Position numbers and translations under genes: made by a program | The notes under the pieces: model-generated | Seen by the model: the letters and a program-made list of their open reading frames with translations, nothing else | Told to the model about the DNA's origin: nothing | Databases searched by the model: none | In this document: positions 38,472-51,700 of the stretch, in pieces | How positions within the stretch are numbered: position 1 is the stretch's first letter | How the letters are laid out: every line of letters begins with the position of its first letter | Origin: Blasia pusilla | Taxonomy: Eukaryota | Length of the DNA stretch: 64,000 bases | Direction of reading: 5' to 3' | NCBI GenBank assembly: GCA_050084515.1 | Contig: CM114271.1 | Coordinates: forward strand, 42,904,001-42,968,000

Positions 38472-39502
38472 TTTTGTGCGCCTATTCTCCTTAAACGTTA
38501 ATCTTTGTTGTCGCGGAAGTGTGCGTTCAGTAGGGCACGATCTCAACGCTGATGTGCATCCGAACACGCGCTCTAGTTATTCGGGTCTTGGATCAATTAT
38601 CGGGCTAAATTTTGTAGTTCACGTCTCGGTCTTTCATCAAGCTCAACCTTCCTAGTTTCGCACTTTACAACACAGGCAAGTCTCGAAAGACGTGGGATAG
38701 ACTTTCTGGTCGGTTCAGAAACCTCAAACGGCGTTTCGCGCCTGGCGGTTCCAACTATCCGATGGACATCCAATGATTCCCTAACCGAAACTCACACAAA
38801 ATGAATCACGGGTCGGAATCCAAGTGTGGCGTACAAAGTCCACTCCCTTGGATCATGTTTGGATTTCAAGTTCCAACGCCAAACTCTCGTTCCATCCCGT
38901 GCCCTTGAAACGCCATTTGGCGCTCAAAGTGGAGATTCATGTTCCAAGACATCTTGGAGAAACTTCTCCCTTACTAGTACTTATGGGGATCTCCGCGGTT
39001 CCCTACTTTTAGGGAAAGATATCTGGGCCTCTCCAATTGGCCCTCAACCCGATTGCTCTCACAGTCATTTTTTGCCAATATCTCTCTCTATAGTCATGCG
39101 TTTGTCGATACCTTTGGTGCGTTGGAAGCGTCTCAAGATAAGCTTTCCAACGCTCACTTATTTGTCCCAAACGCATCTTGGGGCTAAACTTTATGGTAAA
39201 AAACACAGTCAAATTCCCCAAACGATAGTCGTGTTTCAAAACTGGTTCTCACCTCTTTGGCAACCAACCTTCCAAGACTCAACTCATCTCAAGTCTTGGC
39301 TCGCGTTTGGTCTATGTTTTATGGTCGCGACCATTAACGCATGAAACACACAACTCTTTTTTGCGTTTTGTCTATTGGACTTTTCCAAGAGACCTTTCCA
39401 AAAGCCTCTCCAAAGGGCGATCATCGCAACGTGAGTCCACTTGAGTTCTAAAGTTCCGCTTGGCGCCTATTTGGTGTTTGTTTGGTTATGAGGATCACGA
39501 CA
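38472..39502 (-). mobile_element. Gypsy-family solo LTR with TSD CAAAG
   Basis: Closely collinear with 2698-3713; CAAAG at 38467-38471 and 39503-39507; no internal domain adjacent. Confidence 0.92.
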
Positions 39503-42500
39503 CAAAGGGTCAAGGTTAGAAAGGTGACATGTTTGCTCAAGGCACATGGAAGGGGAGGGGTTGGCAGAGGTGAGGGCTCATTCTATAACGTGGAGAAGTT
39601 ATGGTATCTCTTATCTTGAGAGTAACCGTGAACCTCTCACTAAGAGATCTTTCTTGGTTTGACATAAGAGAGAGAATTTTGTGATGTGAGAATATGGTTA
39701 CACGCCAAATTTATAAAGAGACATTGAGAGAGAATCGTTGAGAGAGGTGTTGTGCCCTACGAGAGCATGCAAATTTTGCAATTTTCTGTAAGCAAGGATT
39801 CATATATTACATGTTGTTGTCCATAAGATTGATATGGATGTTAGTTGGGTTTTTTTTTCTAGAATAAATTTTGGATGGGAGCAACAAACACATAAGCATT
39901 GGTGGATTTTGGATAGATTGGGGGTCGCGACATCTTAATTTCTTCCACCAAGGATATTTTTGCTATTGCAAAGTTGATGTTAATATAGGAAAAAAATCTA
40001 GAAATGCAATGCAACTTGCAGTGTACAAAATGGGTTAGCAAGGTGACCAAAAAATGTCAAGCTGCCACTAGCCAACTGTAATTCTAGCCATGCATATGAT
40101 TTGTCATGCATGTTGCTTGGGTTCTCATGCCGCTTGGTCGAGATATTGTTACTATGTAATTGTGCCACTATTTGCCATTATTATACTGCCATCCATCGCC
40201 ATTGATGGTCGCACCTTTTGATCCTTCACCATCCCCCCCATTCGTAGTTCGATAGTTAAGTTGTGCTAATTTGTGTTATATAGAGGGTTTTGACATTGCA
40301 AAAAACAATTGCATTGTACCAAATTCAAGGGTTGTATCCTTCAATGACTTGGTTGTTAAGGGAGATTCTACAATTATAATATATATGTTCTACTTCTATT
40401 ATCATTGTTCTTAAATTCACCCATAATGTATTTTCATGTTACTTTCCATTATTGTCCTTTTATTTTATGTACAATATCCACCTTATAGAGTGTCTAATTG
40501 CTCTAAGATGGAGTAGGAGGTCCTTGTCAGATGTATACTACACCCAATGGATGCATTGGGCTTATCCGTCATAGGCATCATCGCATATGATTGTACAACA
40601 ACAAACCTATTCTATCTCACCTTGTCCCAATTTGTAAGTCATGTTTATCTAAGTGTGTGGATAACTTGAGTTATATATAAGCATCGATAAGAAGAGTAAT
40701 AGAAATGAAAGACAATGAGCAATAGAAGAAATAAATAATGTACTCCACCTTAGAGCGGCAATATACTCTATAAGGTGGATTTCCTTGTCAGTTTTCTTAT
40801 CCTTGATGTATGAGTCATTGTCTGAAAATTTGCCTCCTCCAACAAGCCTATCCGATGGGGTATATGAATTTGATTCAATCAACGTAGACTTGCATATCCA
40901 TTATTGCTTCTCTTCTACCTTGGCATCACCAAAATGTGGCACGTCATATTGCACCAAAAAGGGAAAATGTAGTTAGTAACTTTGTTGAAAATAAAATTTC
41001 GGAAGATACTACATGAGTTATAACTTTTCGTGAACTTACCCTCGATGCAATGACGTCTTGGTTTGTAAAAACCTCATATTTAGTTGTTTTGCCTCACTGC
41101 ACACCATCCACAACATGAGAAGTCAAAAACTCCTAATACCTCGTAAATTGCACCAAAAATCCACATAGTCAATTAACTATACATTTTAAGGATATCACAA
41201 GATAAGAGAGACTTACAAAGGTATGTCCAAATGCATTGTCTTCTCCTTGATTGTACAAGTGAGTCCCCTTTGTTATATGAGATGAATGCCGCTCCTCCAC
41301 CAACCGCTCTCTTGGCGGATCTTTTTCTAGTGCTATTTTTATGCATAGGATTGACACTCAAGATTCTCCACCAAATTTTTGGGTTTTGGTGTAGCCAACA
41401 TCAATACCTTTGGCTCCTCCCTTGTTCCCCATACCATCCATCCCCCTTGGTTGTCTACGTCCATGCCAAAAAAGAAGAAAAGAAAAGAAAGATAGAAGAA
41501 GAGGTTGGAAATGGAAAGGGCTAGATTGCATATGGAAGGAATAAGTCTAAATGCTCTATTGGTAGAATTTAGAGGTAAAAGGTGGAAAACAAGGGAAGTA
41601 TGGGATATTTTGAATTTGTAAGTCCACTATGAATCCATTGTGAGTAAAGTGCAAGTCCTATCACTTGCAAGTTTTTGTCTAGTATGAGTCTCAAAAGTTG
41701 TTATTCTCGTTTAGATAATGAATGTGAATCACAATCACTTTTGTGATTGCATTGTTAGATCAATGCAAGTCCGCACACTCGCAATATCCAAATGGTTGTC
41801 TAGACTTACAAACCAGATGAGACTTGGAAAGCTGCACGGAGTTCATAAAGTAACTTGTCAACTTACACTCACAATGGGCTTGCAAATTAGCTGCTCTTGG
41901 AAAAAAATGGACTTGTAATGGATTTATATGGACAGCTCTATCAACACTCGTGTATACTTTTGTGGACACATTTAATGATTTTCAATTCTCACTTCAATAA
42001 GTGAGGAGAACAAGAAAATTTTTGTTAATCTTTATGTTGCAAAGACACAACTTAAGGAGATTAGTCCTTAATTAGCTTACTTTGCCAAGGATTTTGTTGA
42101 TATGATTTAGAGAAATCCAAAGTTTGGCTTGTAGTTAGCAATACTTCAATCAATAGTGTATTTTAATTTCATTACTGATGCTCATTTAAATAGTGCACGC
42201 CTTGGTGCATCACCATTTTTATTACGCATTGATTTATGTGATGATTATCTTGAGGATTATCTCAATTGGAAATTTTGTAGAATAAATTTTGTAAGGACTT
42301 TATTTTGTAAATATAACTTCAACTTTTGGAGAGCAGTGCCATCTATTGGATCTTGTATTTTCATGTTCCAAGTCTACATAAATCTTTTGAACATATTTCA
42401 AATGGGTATAACATGCTTATGCAATATAAAATTTTAAAAAATACATGTAGTTGCTTGTGAAATTTTGTTTTGAGTTATATTACAAAGGGTCAAATTCAAT

Positions 42501-44149
42501 CCATCAAATATTTTAAACTTTTCCGTGAAATGAACCACTTGGACTTTCTGATGGAATTTTGTTTCATTCGTGACCAAACTTTAGCAATTTTTCTAGTAAT
42601 TCATGAAAATTATATCTATCCTGGTGTGGTTGTTTATCTTAAATTTTGGTTTTGTAGTACTTTATAGTAATTTTCATCAAAGTTTCTCAATCTCTCAACT
42701 ACCATATCCACTCTTAATAACTTCTAAGGGGAATAATTGAAAACAATGTGAACCATTCAAATCTCATGCAATTGTCTCGTTACCCTATTCAAGTTTCCCA
42801 TATTCGTGAAGTCTCACTAAGAAATCCCGACGTAATCAATTCATCATTTTATATTCTAATTTCAAAATGTCTTATCATTTCACTTCACTACCACATTCTA
42901 AATTAGGATTTTTAAAGACTCCTCTCACCATTCAATTGTAGCTTGAGTTATTTCTCTAGCCTTATGAGCACCACATATGTAGTGTTAAGATTGTACCTCT
43001 CTTATTGGGAATGGAAGTTAGTACTCATTGAACAAGTATGCGGCCAGTGAGGGATGGTGGGAATATTCTAAAAATATTCTTTATATTTTATTAAGTACTA
43101 AGGCGGAGAATTGGCATAAAATGACGGGGAAAAGTATAAGGAGAAAATTTTGGTGTCATGTGGCATAGAAAAATAGTAGGGTAGGAGTTTGAGATGTGGA
43201 GAGAAGGTAAGTGAGTAGAGCATCACAAAACTCAAGGTCAATTAAATATGCACTAAATCCGTATAATTTTTTTAAAATATCGTTTAAATCAATAAATGTT
43301 AATCTTTTTACGTGTCAAATGAGTATGCACGATAAAGATAACAAATTTAGGTACCAAGTAGATGTTATTTCGCATTTATATACATCAATGCTACTTCAAT
43401 GTGTATTTTGCCCTATAAACTACTATACTTCATATATGAAAAAACTACAAATTTAATATAGATTTGAAGATGTTAATTTAGTAAAAATAAACTATATTAT
43501 TCACACCGATTAGGCATTTCATTCTTTTAGATTATTCATATGAGAGTTAGCTATATTTTTTGTCTACAATGGCATCGAAATTAGATTAGGAATATTGTGA
43601 TTTTATTTATCTGTTTATGGTTATTTTTCAACCTTTCACATCCAACAATATTAGTTTTTGGGCATATTTTTGCACAACTTCCACTACAAAAATTATGAAA
43701 ATTAAGTAAGCAACGTAATGATTTGTACTTGAGGAGGAGGGTAGTATCATCATTGATTGGGATGAAATTATCTTTGTAATCCCAAATAATATATGTCATG
43801 AAATGTACCATACTTCAAGTAATGATGGCCTCCAATAACTTTCGGCAAGCTATGGAAGTGTATGATCTAAATAACTTAAGGATTGGGTACTCTTCCTCTA
43901 GTATACATGTCTATGGTGCGATATTCAACCGATGTTATTTTGAGTTTGGTGCCTTGAAATCCACAATTGGAATTTTGTATAAGTTTCTCATTCTATTACA
44001 CTAGTAGTGGAAGTGTCCAAACATTTAGATTCTATTGCAAATCACTAGATGAGAAATTAAATCGAACTACAAAATCTACATGTCAAATTTGCAACTCTAA
44101 AGGTGGTTTTATAATTTCATGAATGGAGATAAAGATAAGTTTACAAATG

Positions 44150-45230
44150 GATCGTGGCGGGCTGCCCAATCAACCCTTTACACAACTATGAAATCACCTT
44201 ATCCTTAGTGTCCCGTTATGCGTATCGCCGAAACATTGCCCACGAGCCCTTAAGCCGATACTGAGAGTAGGATGGCATCGAGCGTATTGGAATATCTCTT
44301 GCGCGATGGATTCAAATTTATGTTGTGAAAGTAATGTCAAATTACGCAAAGAGGGCAAAGTTGGCAAGCAAAGCTAATGGAATAGTATTTTTTCACATTT
44401 AGCAAGTTAGTGTGGCTTGCGTCTAAGAGCATGTGCAATTTGTGGCATGTGTTGCAATTACATGCACAGTTGTGTTCTGTTTCTATTTACCAATGAAATA
44501 GTATCAACCCGTATCTAGGCAGTAGACAATCAATCGAGCACTCATTATTGGAACTAAGTGGACATCCTATAGTAAGGGATTCTATTGAAACTTAGGATGA
44601 ACGAAACAAATTAAGATGCCTCTCATAAGTCTCTCGAGTCAATTTGTGATTCGATTTATCTCAAATGAAAGTCATAATCACAACCTTGGTTGGAATTTGA
44701 CGCTCATCCAACATTCGATGATGATGAGTTGACCATAGCTATCATGAAAATACGGTCTCTATGTCCAAAAGAAGGAAATAGAGAGAACGACCACGACCTG
44801 TTCTTAATAATAGATATCACATCCACGTTGTTGTAATTCCCCCATATCATACAGCTAAAAGAAACCATAAAATGGAAAATTTTGAAATGACACGGCCATA
44901 GAGAAGAGGAGAACTTGACAAGCATATCGTTGTTATCAAGTTTCTCGATCAAGTGAGAGAGCGGGAAAGTTGCAACGGAGTATATAACCGCAAGGCCTAC
45001 TTGTAGTAACATGTAAGAGATATGTATTGTTTCACTTCATTACTTCTTCACAGGCCCCGCCCCTCCTCTCATGAACGTGACAACCCGTATCGCAATCGGC
45101 TGATTCATAAGAACAACTCCTACTCCTATTGTATAGAAATCCTCTACAATCGTTAACACATAGCAGTCTGGAATGGCAAAGCTCAAAGATAGGTTTAGCA
45201 AAATCCAGGTACAAATCATCGTCACGCCAC
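44150..45230 (-). pseudogene. Very degenerate Gypsy RNase H / integrase remnant
   Basis: FAIPDCYVLTIVEDFYTIGVGVVLMNQPIA resembles L.PDF..PF.IE.DAS..GVGAVLMQ..PIA. Downstream LAVIYS...LSHLIE and GNYNNVDVIS resemble later RNase H motifs in the correct order. Confidence 0.4.
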
Positions 45231-45316
45231 AATGCCCAATTCCTTCTCAGCTCCCGCTCCCAACGGCCTCTCCCCCTCCCTTACTAGCATCCTCTCTCTC
45301 CCCTCTCAAGACGGAT

Positions 45317-45600
45317 GCCCATAGATTGCCCGGTCTTGTATTTATTTCGAGACCGGGTAGCTTGGATGCAGGCAAGCAAGTAAAGGGGGACTACGCATAG
45401 ATAGCACTCAAGTGGATTCGAACCCGGACCATTGCGCCTGCACCCAACAACCCACTCCACTAGCCTTACAGCCTGCCATAGTGATCTGCAGGGGCTTTGT
45501 TAGTTAGTTGTCAAAAATGTTTTTAAACTACCAGCCCGGGTCTAAGCCCGCTGAAGGTATGGGGTCTCACAATAAATGCAAGACCGGAGCAATTTAGGGC
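45317..45600. mobile_element. MITE-like element with about 38-bp imperfect TIRs and internal tRNA-like A/B boxes
   Basis: Left arm GCCCATAGATTGCCCGGTCTTGTATTTATTTCGAGACC versus right-arm reverse complement GCCCTAAATTGCTCCGGTCTTGCATTTATTGTGAGACC. The minus strand has TAAGGCTAGTGG...GGTTCGAATCC. Confidence 0.65.
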
Positions 45601-46560
45601 CTTTGCAAGGGGAACATTGCAAGTGTTGAAGGAAAACTAATGTGTGTGATTTCAATCATCCAAAGTGCAACTACAAAGATTGTCATATTGATGCGGCTTT
45701 TGGCCTCGGTTGGAACGTCCAACAGGTTTCTACTTGGCTAGTTAACTTGGTGTGAAATTTTTGAATTTTCAAGCGTCACTCGTCTCGGAAAAATTCCACA
45801 TTTTCCGAGATTTGACACTCTAGTAATCTAAATGAGTTTCTTGCAAATATGTGTGTATAGTCAGAGAGTGGAGTTACTTGCAATCATATGGTTGCGTAAA
45901 ATTTAAACTTTAATTGCAATTCGCGTTCCGCATTGACATTGCCATTGAGATCATGTATGAAACTTTTTCATCAAAATCGATATCGTCATATCCTTTCTTG
46001 GTAAGTAACAGGAGTTCCGTCATGTAAATTTACAAAAATAAATTCAGATCGTGCTCGGTTCTTGTTGAGACCTAGAAAATTTTCCGCAAGTTCTCTCTAA
46101 ATCTAGTACTATCTGCTAATTATAATATAATCTGGAAGGGCTTGTCATGGAGTCAAAGCTACATCCATCTATGTAATTCAAGGTTTTTTCTCTTATGGAT
46201 TAACCTTCTTTAACAGTTGATTGCATGTACAGATATGGAGAGGTCAAGATCTTTTTAGATTGCACTGTATGGATTAGGACTGGAAAAGTTGGCATCGGAC
46301 TTGAAGCTGAAATTCTGCATGCAATGATGCCAAGTGTAGAATGGTAAGGGTATGAAATTAAACATTGACTGACATGCCTTGTGTGTCAAGCCACAAGAAT
46401 TTTTGGATGCATGAACTTCCAATTCTTAGCGGAAGTGAGCTTTTTTTTCTTCGCTCATTTTGTTTCCTCAACGACGACGAATTTTGTTTTAGCAACTCCA
46501 CCGCGATAGACCTGGAACGCGCGCTGCACTTGAGAATTAATTTTGTAGAGAGGCTCAACC

Positions 46561-46704
46561 ATGGCGGAGATGGAGCCCAAGTTCAAGACGCAAGTCCAAC
46601 CTATAAAGAGGATGTTCAAGAAGTTCACCTTCAAGGGTGTCAACCTTGATGCACTCTTGGACATCAACTCGGACGAGCTCGTGGAGCTGTTCCACGCACG
46701 TGCT
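46561..46704 (+). pseudogene. RPS15: 5' fragment of 40S ribosomal protein S15 (uS19)
   Basis: MAEMEP...[33 protein letters not shown] matches the plant RPS15 N-terminus (KRTFKKF.FRGVDLDALLDMS.DELV.LF.ARA). Similarity then stops abruptly. Confidence 0.9.
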
Positions 46705-47222
46705 TGCTCTGAAGTAGATTTTAGTTATATCATTCACATATTTGGATGTATCCTCTTCTTCGTACGCAATATTTGATGATTCAAAGGGATGAACAGTATG
46801 GGAGGACATTTACTCTGAGAAAGAAAGATCCATTCACCATTCTCTTTCTAAATTACATCTACCATAACTTCTTTTCATTCTAGACTTCACGAAGCTTGAT
46901 TGGTCAAGGGGAGGTGAGACCCTATCAAGGGTTGTGTGTCAATTGAGGGAAAGATAGCGGAGTGGGTTAAATTACTCCTCTGCATGAACATATGGTTGTG
47001 GCATTCTTTGTGATTGTGTCTCAGGCTATAATAAGCCATAGTGGTCTACAAGCAAAATCTTGTGAGGTCTTGTTAGAAAGGTAATACGTTTCAATGTCAA
47101 TGTGTAGCTGATGTAAAATTTAGAGGGAATGGATTCTCCTTACCGATAGTTGTGAGGAGAATCAATGAGCTAACCTGTGTCTGACGGGTTTTGATGTAGT
47201 AAATGATGTTTCTGCTCAACAG

Positions 47223-48036
47223 GGTTTGGAGGAAATTGAGCAAATGCAAAAGAATGTGGATATCCTTATTGTGATACCAAATGATAGACTCCAGGATATG
47301 GTTCAAGAATAAACACCGCTACATGAGGCTTTTCTTCTGGCTAATGATGTGTTGAGGCAGGGCGTGCAAGGCATTTTGGACATCATTATTGTAAGTAAAT
47401 GAAACACTCTGTAAAACTTTGTAGATTAAGTAGGCTCACACTCTTCAGCCTTTGGTGTAATTCAAGTTGTTGAATAAATTGTGATAGGGCACTTATTTGG
47501 AGATGCTTGTTGATTGTGCTCAGTCAAATAATTTAGTGTATATCCAATTCATAATAATTCTCATCTTGTGTATCCTACGGATTCCGAGGTTGATGAATGT
47601 TGATTGTGTAGATGTAAAGGTTGTGATGATTGATGAGCAATTCATGAATAGCAATGTTGGGAGTAGGCATGTCCACTAAGAAAAATCGTATTGAAGAAGC
47701 TTCCCAGCAAGCTACTTCTATCCCATTAATTGAGCGTTCAATCGAAAGAGTCATTGGTGTGGTCTACAACATAACTGACGACAAAGACTTCACTCTCGAG
47801 GAGGTCAATATAGTCTCCCAAGTAAGTTTGATCTTCCAAAGAAACCATGGAAATATCTTGCAATTGTATACCGCCCTCTTTTACGATGATTTTTTCTGAA
47901 GTTTCAATTCTGATCTTTTGTCCCTAAAAAATTATTATGTACCTAAATGATCGTGACAATGAATGTAGAGGAGTCGGACTACACTGCTAAAATTACTTTT
48001 CTTTGCAGGTTGTGACTGAACTAGCATATCCGAGCC
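47223..48036 (+). pseudogene. FtsZ1: Plastid division FtsZ1 internal fragment, three exons with introns
   Basis: Exon 47223-47390 reads GLEEIEQMQKNVDILIVIPNDRL...E*TPLHEAFLLANDVLRQGVQGILDII. Exon 47581-47821 reads IPRLMNVDCVDVK..AMLGVG...VVYNIT..KDFTLEEVNIVSQ. An exon from 48009 reads VVTELAYPS. Lesions: a stop, a frameshift and a mutated acceptor. Confidence 0.92.
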
Positions 48037-48799
48037 GGAATTGGTATCTTGGGCTATTGTTGTATGATAATAGAGTGTACAATTGAGTCCTTGTATTCCT
48101 ATCAACATTATCTTTCAGGCTCGTGACTATCAAAGATAGTCTTTACATCGTTGATAGTCTTGACAGTAAAATTCATGTCGTTGATAGTCTTGATAGTCGA
48201 TGATTGAAAGTATGCAGAGTCAAAACAAAAGCATAATTTTAGAGAACTCGTTTGTTTACTGTTATCCTCATGAAAAAAATTGCATGTGCTCTACAACTCT
48301 GTGTCTCCCCTAAGGGAGACGCTGAACTCAAATGGTCCTAGCTACTAGAGTCCTCTCTACAAGAATTTCCTGTAACTTCACCTTTGGTTCAGAAGAGGCC
48401 AGAGGAAATACGCATTCATAGAATTTTCCATACCTCCACCATGAATTGTGAATCCATGTGGTATGTAGCACATAGTTTGATAGGATCTAATTGTGTTCTC
48501 ACAAGTGTCGGACTTCTATTCCTTAACCATCGAACGGGAATAAAGATGATGATTGAGTCAAAAGCGTGAACTTGTGTTCCAACTATAATTTCCTTCAACA
48601 CATACTCTTCCTACATGCACGAAGGTTTGTAATCAACAGATAAATTCCCTCTAGCGCCTAGGTCCACAGAAGCAAGAAAGAAAAAAATTGGATATTTTTT
48701 AGCATTTATGCTAGCAAAAATCAAATCAAGAAGTCTATATAAAAGGGAACAAACCTGATCAAAATTTCCCACTTGTTTGGTCTTTCCTTTATCAAAACA

Positions 48800-51700
48800 C
48801 CCCCTTCTGTCGCCAAAGAAATATCAAGCCTGGTATAGACCATTGCCCACATCAAACTACCTGCTACACTTTTATAAGGTATCTTTCTCATGAACCTTCT
48901 TTCTTCTTCATTCCTGGGGGAATCCTTTCTTGAGAGCTTCTTCCATGATTCTACTAGTGTATCTATAGGTTTTTAGTCAGACATTTTAAACCTTGCAAGT
49001 ACACTATTTACACACCTACTTTGAGATAGTCTTATCCATCCCTCCTTTCTGTTCCTAGTTACTTCCATTTGAAGGAAATGATGGATTTCTCCCATATCTG
49101 TCATTTCGAACTCCTTTTTCATTGAGTCTTTGACGGATACTAGCAGTGGTATATAATTTATAATCAATACAACATCATCTACATATAGGGATTGAACAAA
49201 ACATTCATGATCATTCAGGATGTACACATTTGTATCATTATCAAATCTCCGAAATCCTACTTTGATCATTTAACTATCCATCATTTGATACCAGAATCTT
49301 GATGATTGTTTAAGTCCATAAATGGACTTATACAACCTACAAACTTAATCTTGGCAAGTAGGATTTCACACCCCCTCTGGTATCTCCATGGATACTTCCT
49401 CCTCAAGTATACCATTCAGAAATGTTGTCTTTACATCCATTTGATGTACTTCAAGATCAAACTATGTTGCCAGAGTAAGCATAACTCGGATTGAAGTTGT
49501 TTCGACTATAGGTGAGAATGTTTCAATGTAGTCCACACCATAAACTTGTGAGTAGCCTTTTGCTACTAATCTTGCTTTATACCTTTCAATGCTCCCGTCT
49601 GCTTTGTACTTGATTTTGAAAACCCGTTTGCATCCCACGGCCTTTCTACCTTGTGGAAGTAAAGTGAATGACCAACTGTTATTCAACCTCATGGATTCAA
49701 GCTCTTGTTCCATTGCATCCTTCCAATGAAATTCTTGCTGCCCAAATAGAGCTTCTTCATAGGTCTCGGGTTCTTCAATATTGATATGCTTCTCTTGTTG
49801 ACTCAATAACGCAAGAGTCAATTTCTCCGTATGTGGATTCCTTGCGTGTGATTCCTGATGGGTTGCATCATATTTTTGCACTTGCCTTGAAACTCTTTTA
49901 GATCTTCTTGGTCCAACACTTACTTCGCTTGGAGTTTTGTTGTTGGACTCTATTTGAAAAATTTGTGGCTCATTTTGAACTTGTTCTAGTGCAACATCAA
50001 GAATACGGCTCTCTATTGGAATCTCACTAGCACTCTTACTAGTACTTGGAGTGCTCATACCTAGTGTTAGTGCACCTTTTCCTTGAGTGGTAGTCGATGT
50101 TGGAGTTGGTAAGGCTCCCACTAAACTCATTCCCCAAGACTCAAACAAGGAATCTTCATCCTCCTCTTCACCCAAAACAAAAATGCCACTTTTCCCTCTT
50201 GGAATTTTACATCCCTAGAGGTGAAGATGGTTTTGCCAAATTTCTTTTGCAACTTGTATCCTTTTCTTTGCTCATTGTAACCAGGAAGAATACATTCTTT
50301 TGATTTTACGTATAGTTTTCTCCTCTGAGAATAATGAATTAGTGCAAAAGCTGTACACCAAAAAATTCTAAGGTGACTGATCTAGAGGCTCTATGTACCA
50401 AACCTCATGTGGTGTCTTATCATGCTCCAAAGCCTTTGTTGGCGATCTATTTTGCAAGTAGTTTGCTGTCACTATTGATTAATCCCAATAAGCCTTTTTG
50501 AGACCTGATTTCTTCTACATTGCAAGTACATTAGATGTTAAAGTTTTATTTTTTTATTTTTGACTCTCCGTTTTTTGTGGAGTGTAAGGGATTGAAAATT
50601 TCCTTCTAATGCCATGCTCTTGACAATATAAATTGAAATCAATGGAAGTGTATTCTTCTCCATTGTCACATCTTTACATCTTGTTTTTTCTTCCTATCTT
50701 ATTCTCTACTAAGTTTTTGTACAGTGCAAACTTTTGATATACTTTTGATTTCTGCTTCAAAAGATATACATATGTATATCTTGACAAATCATATATAAAA
50801 GTCAATAAATATCTAGCTCCATTGAATGTAAATGTGCTTATTGGTCCACAAACATTATAATGAACTAAGCTGAGAACATCTTCAGCTCTTTTACCATCTG
50901 TCCGAAATTTCTCCCATACTTGCTTGGACTTGATGCATGTGGTACAAAGAGGAAAGTTGTCAAAGTCTACTTCCTTCACCAAAATCTATTTTTTAAGTGC
51001 TACGAGTCTCGCTGGGCTGATGTGGCCAAGCCTCTCAGGTCACAAAACAACATTAGTTGTTGTAGAGAGAGCAATGATCTCCTTGCACATGGAATTTCTG
51101 GTTGATTGCTTAGGTGTTATGGAGTCAGCTAGTATATAGAAATTGTTCATAGACTTGCAATTTGCTATTGTTACTCTAACTTTGTTGTTCAGGATACAAC
51201 GAAGATTCTTGGTTGTCAAATGTCCTCCTACTTGATCAAATTGATCCACTAAGAACAAATTCTTCCTGAGACTAGGGACATACAACACATCTGGGATGAC
51301 AGTTTTTACTCCATTCAGTAGCTTGATGCTTACTAACCCTATTCCTTGACTAGGCTGGGCTGTTTCATCTCCCAAATACACCACCGATTGTTGATCTGGA
51401 TTACTATATCGAAAAGTGGTTATAATAAATATGTTGAGAGGTCGTTAGCCATGTGCTGAGTGGCTCCTGTATCTACATACCAAGATGTATCTAGACTACT
51501 TGAGGTAGTCAAGGCTATTACATAGAGTTTAGTCCCAACATCATTACTCTGATTTAGCTTCTACAATCTCTTAGGAAAATTCTTCAATATGTGTCCTAAT
51601 TGCTTACAATAGAAACAACGAATTGATGTGATCGGAAGCTTCTTCCTGTAGCTTCCTCTTTCTTGATTGAATCTTTGATTATCACCTGTATATAGTATTG

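Noticed and set aside
39510-44100. AT-rich stretch with short ORFs
   Set aside because: No motif, repeat terminus or splice pattern I could support.
45405-45478. Possible tRNA gene
   Set aside because: B-box present, but no acceptor stem or anticodon arm could be folded.
47223-48036. FtsZ as evidence of bacterial contamination or horizontal transfer
   Set aside because: It has spliceosomal introns and plant FtsZ1 residues, so it is a nuclear gene fragment.
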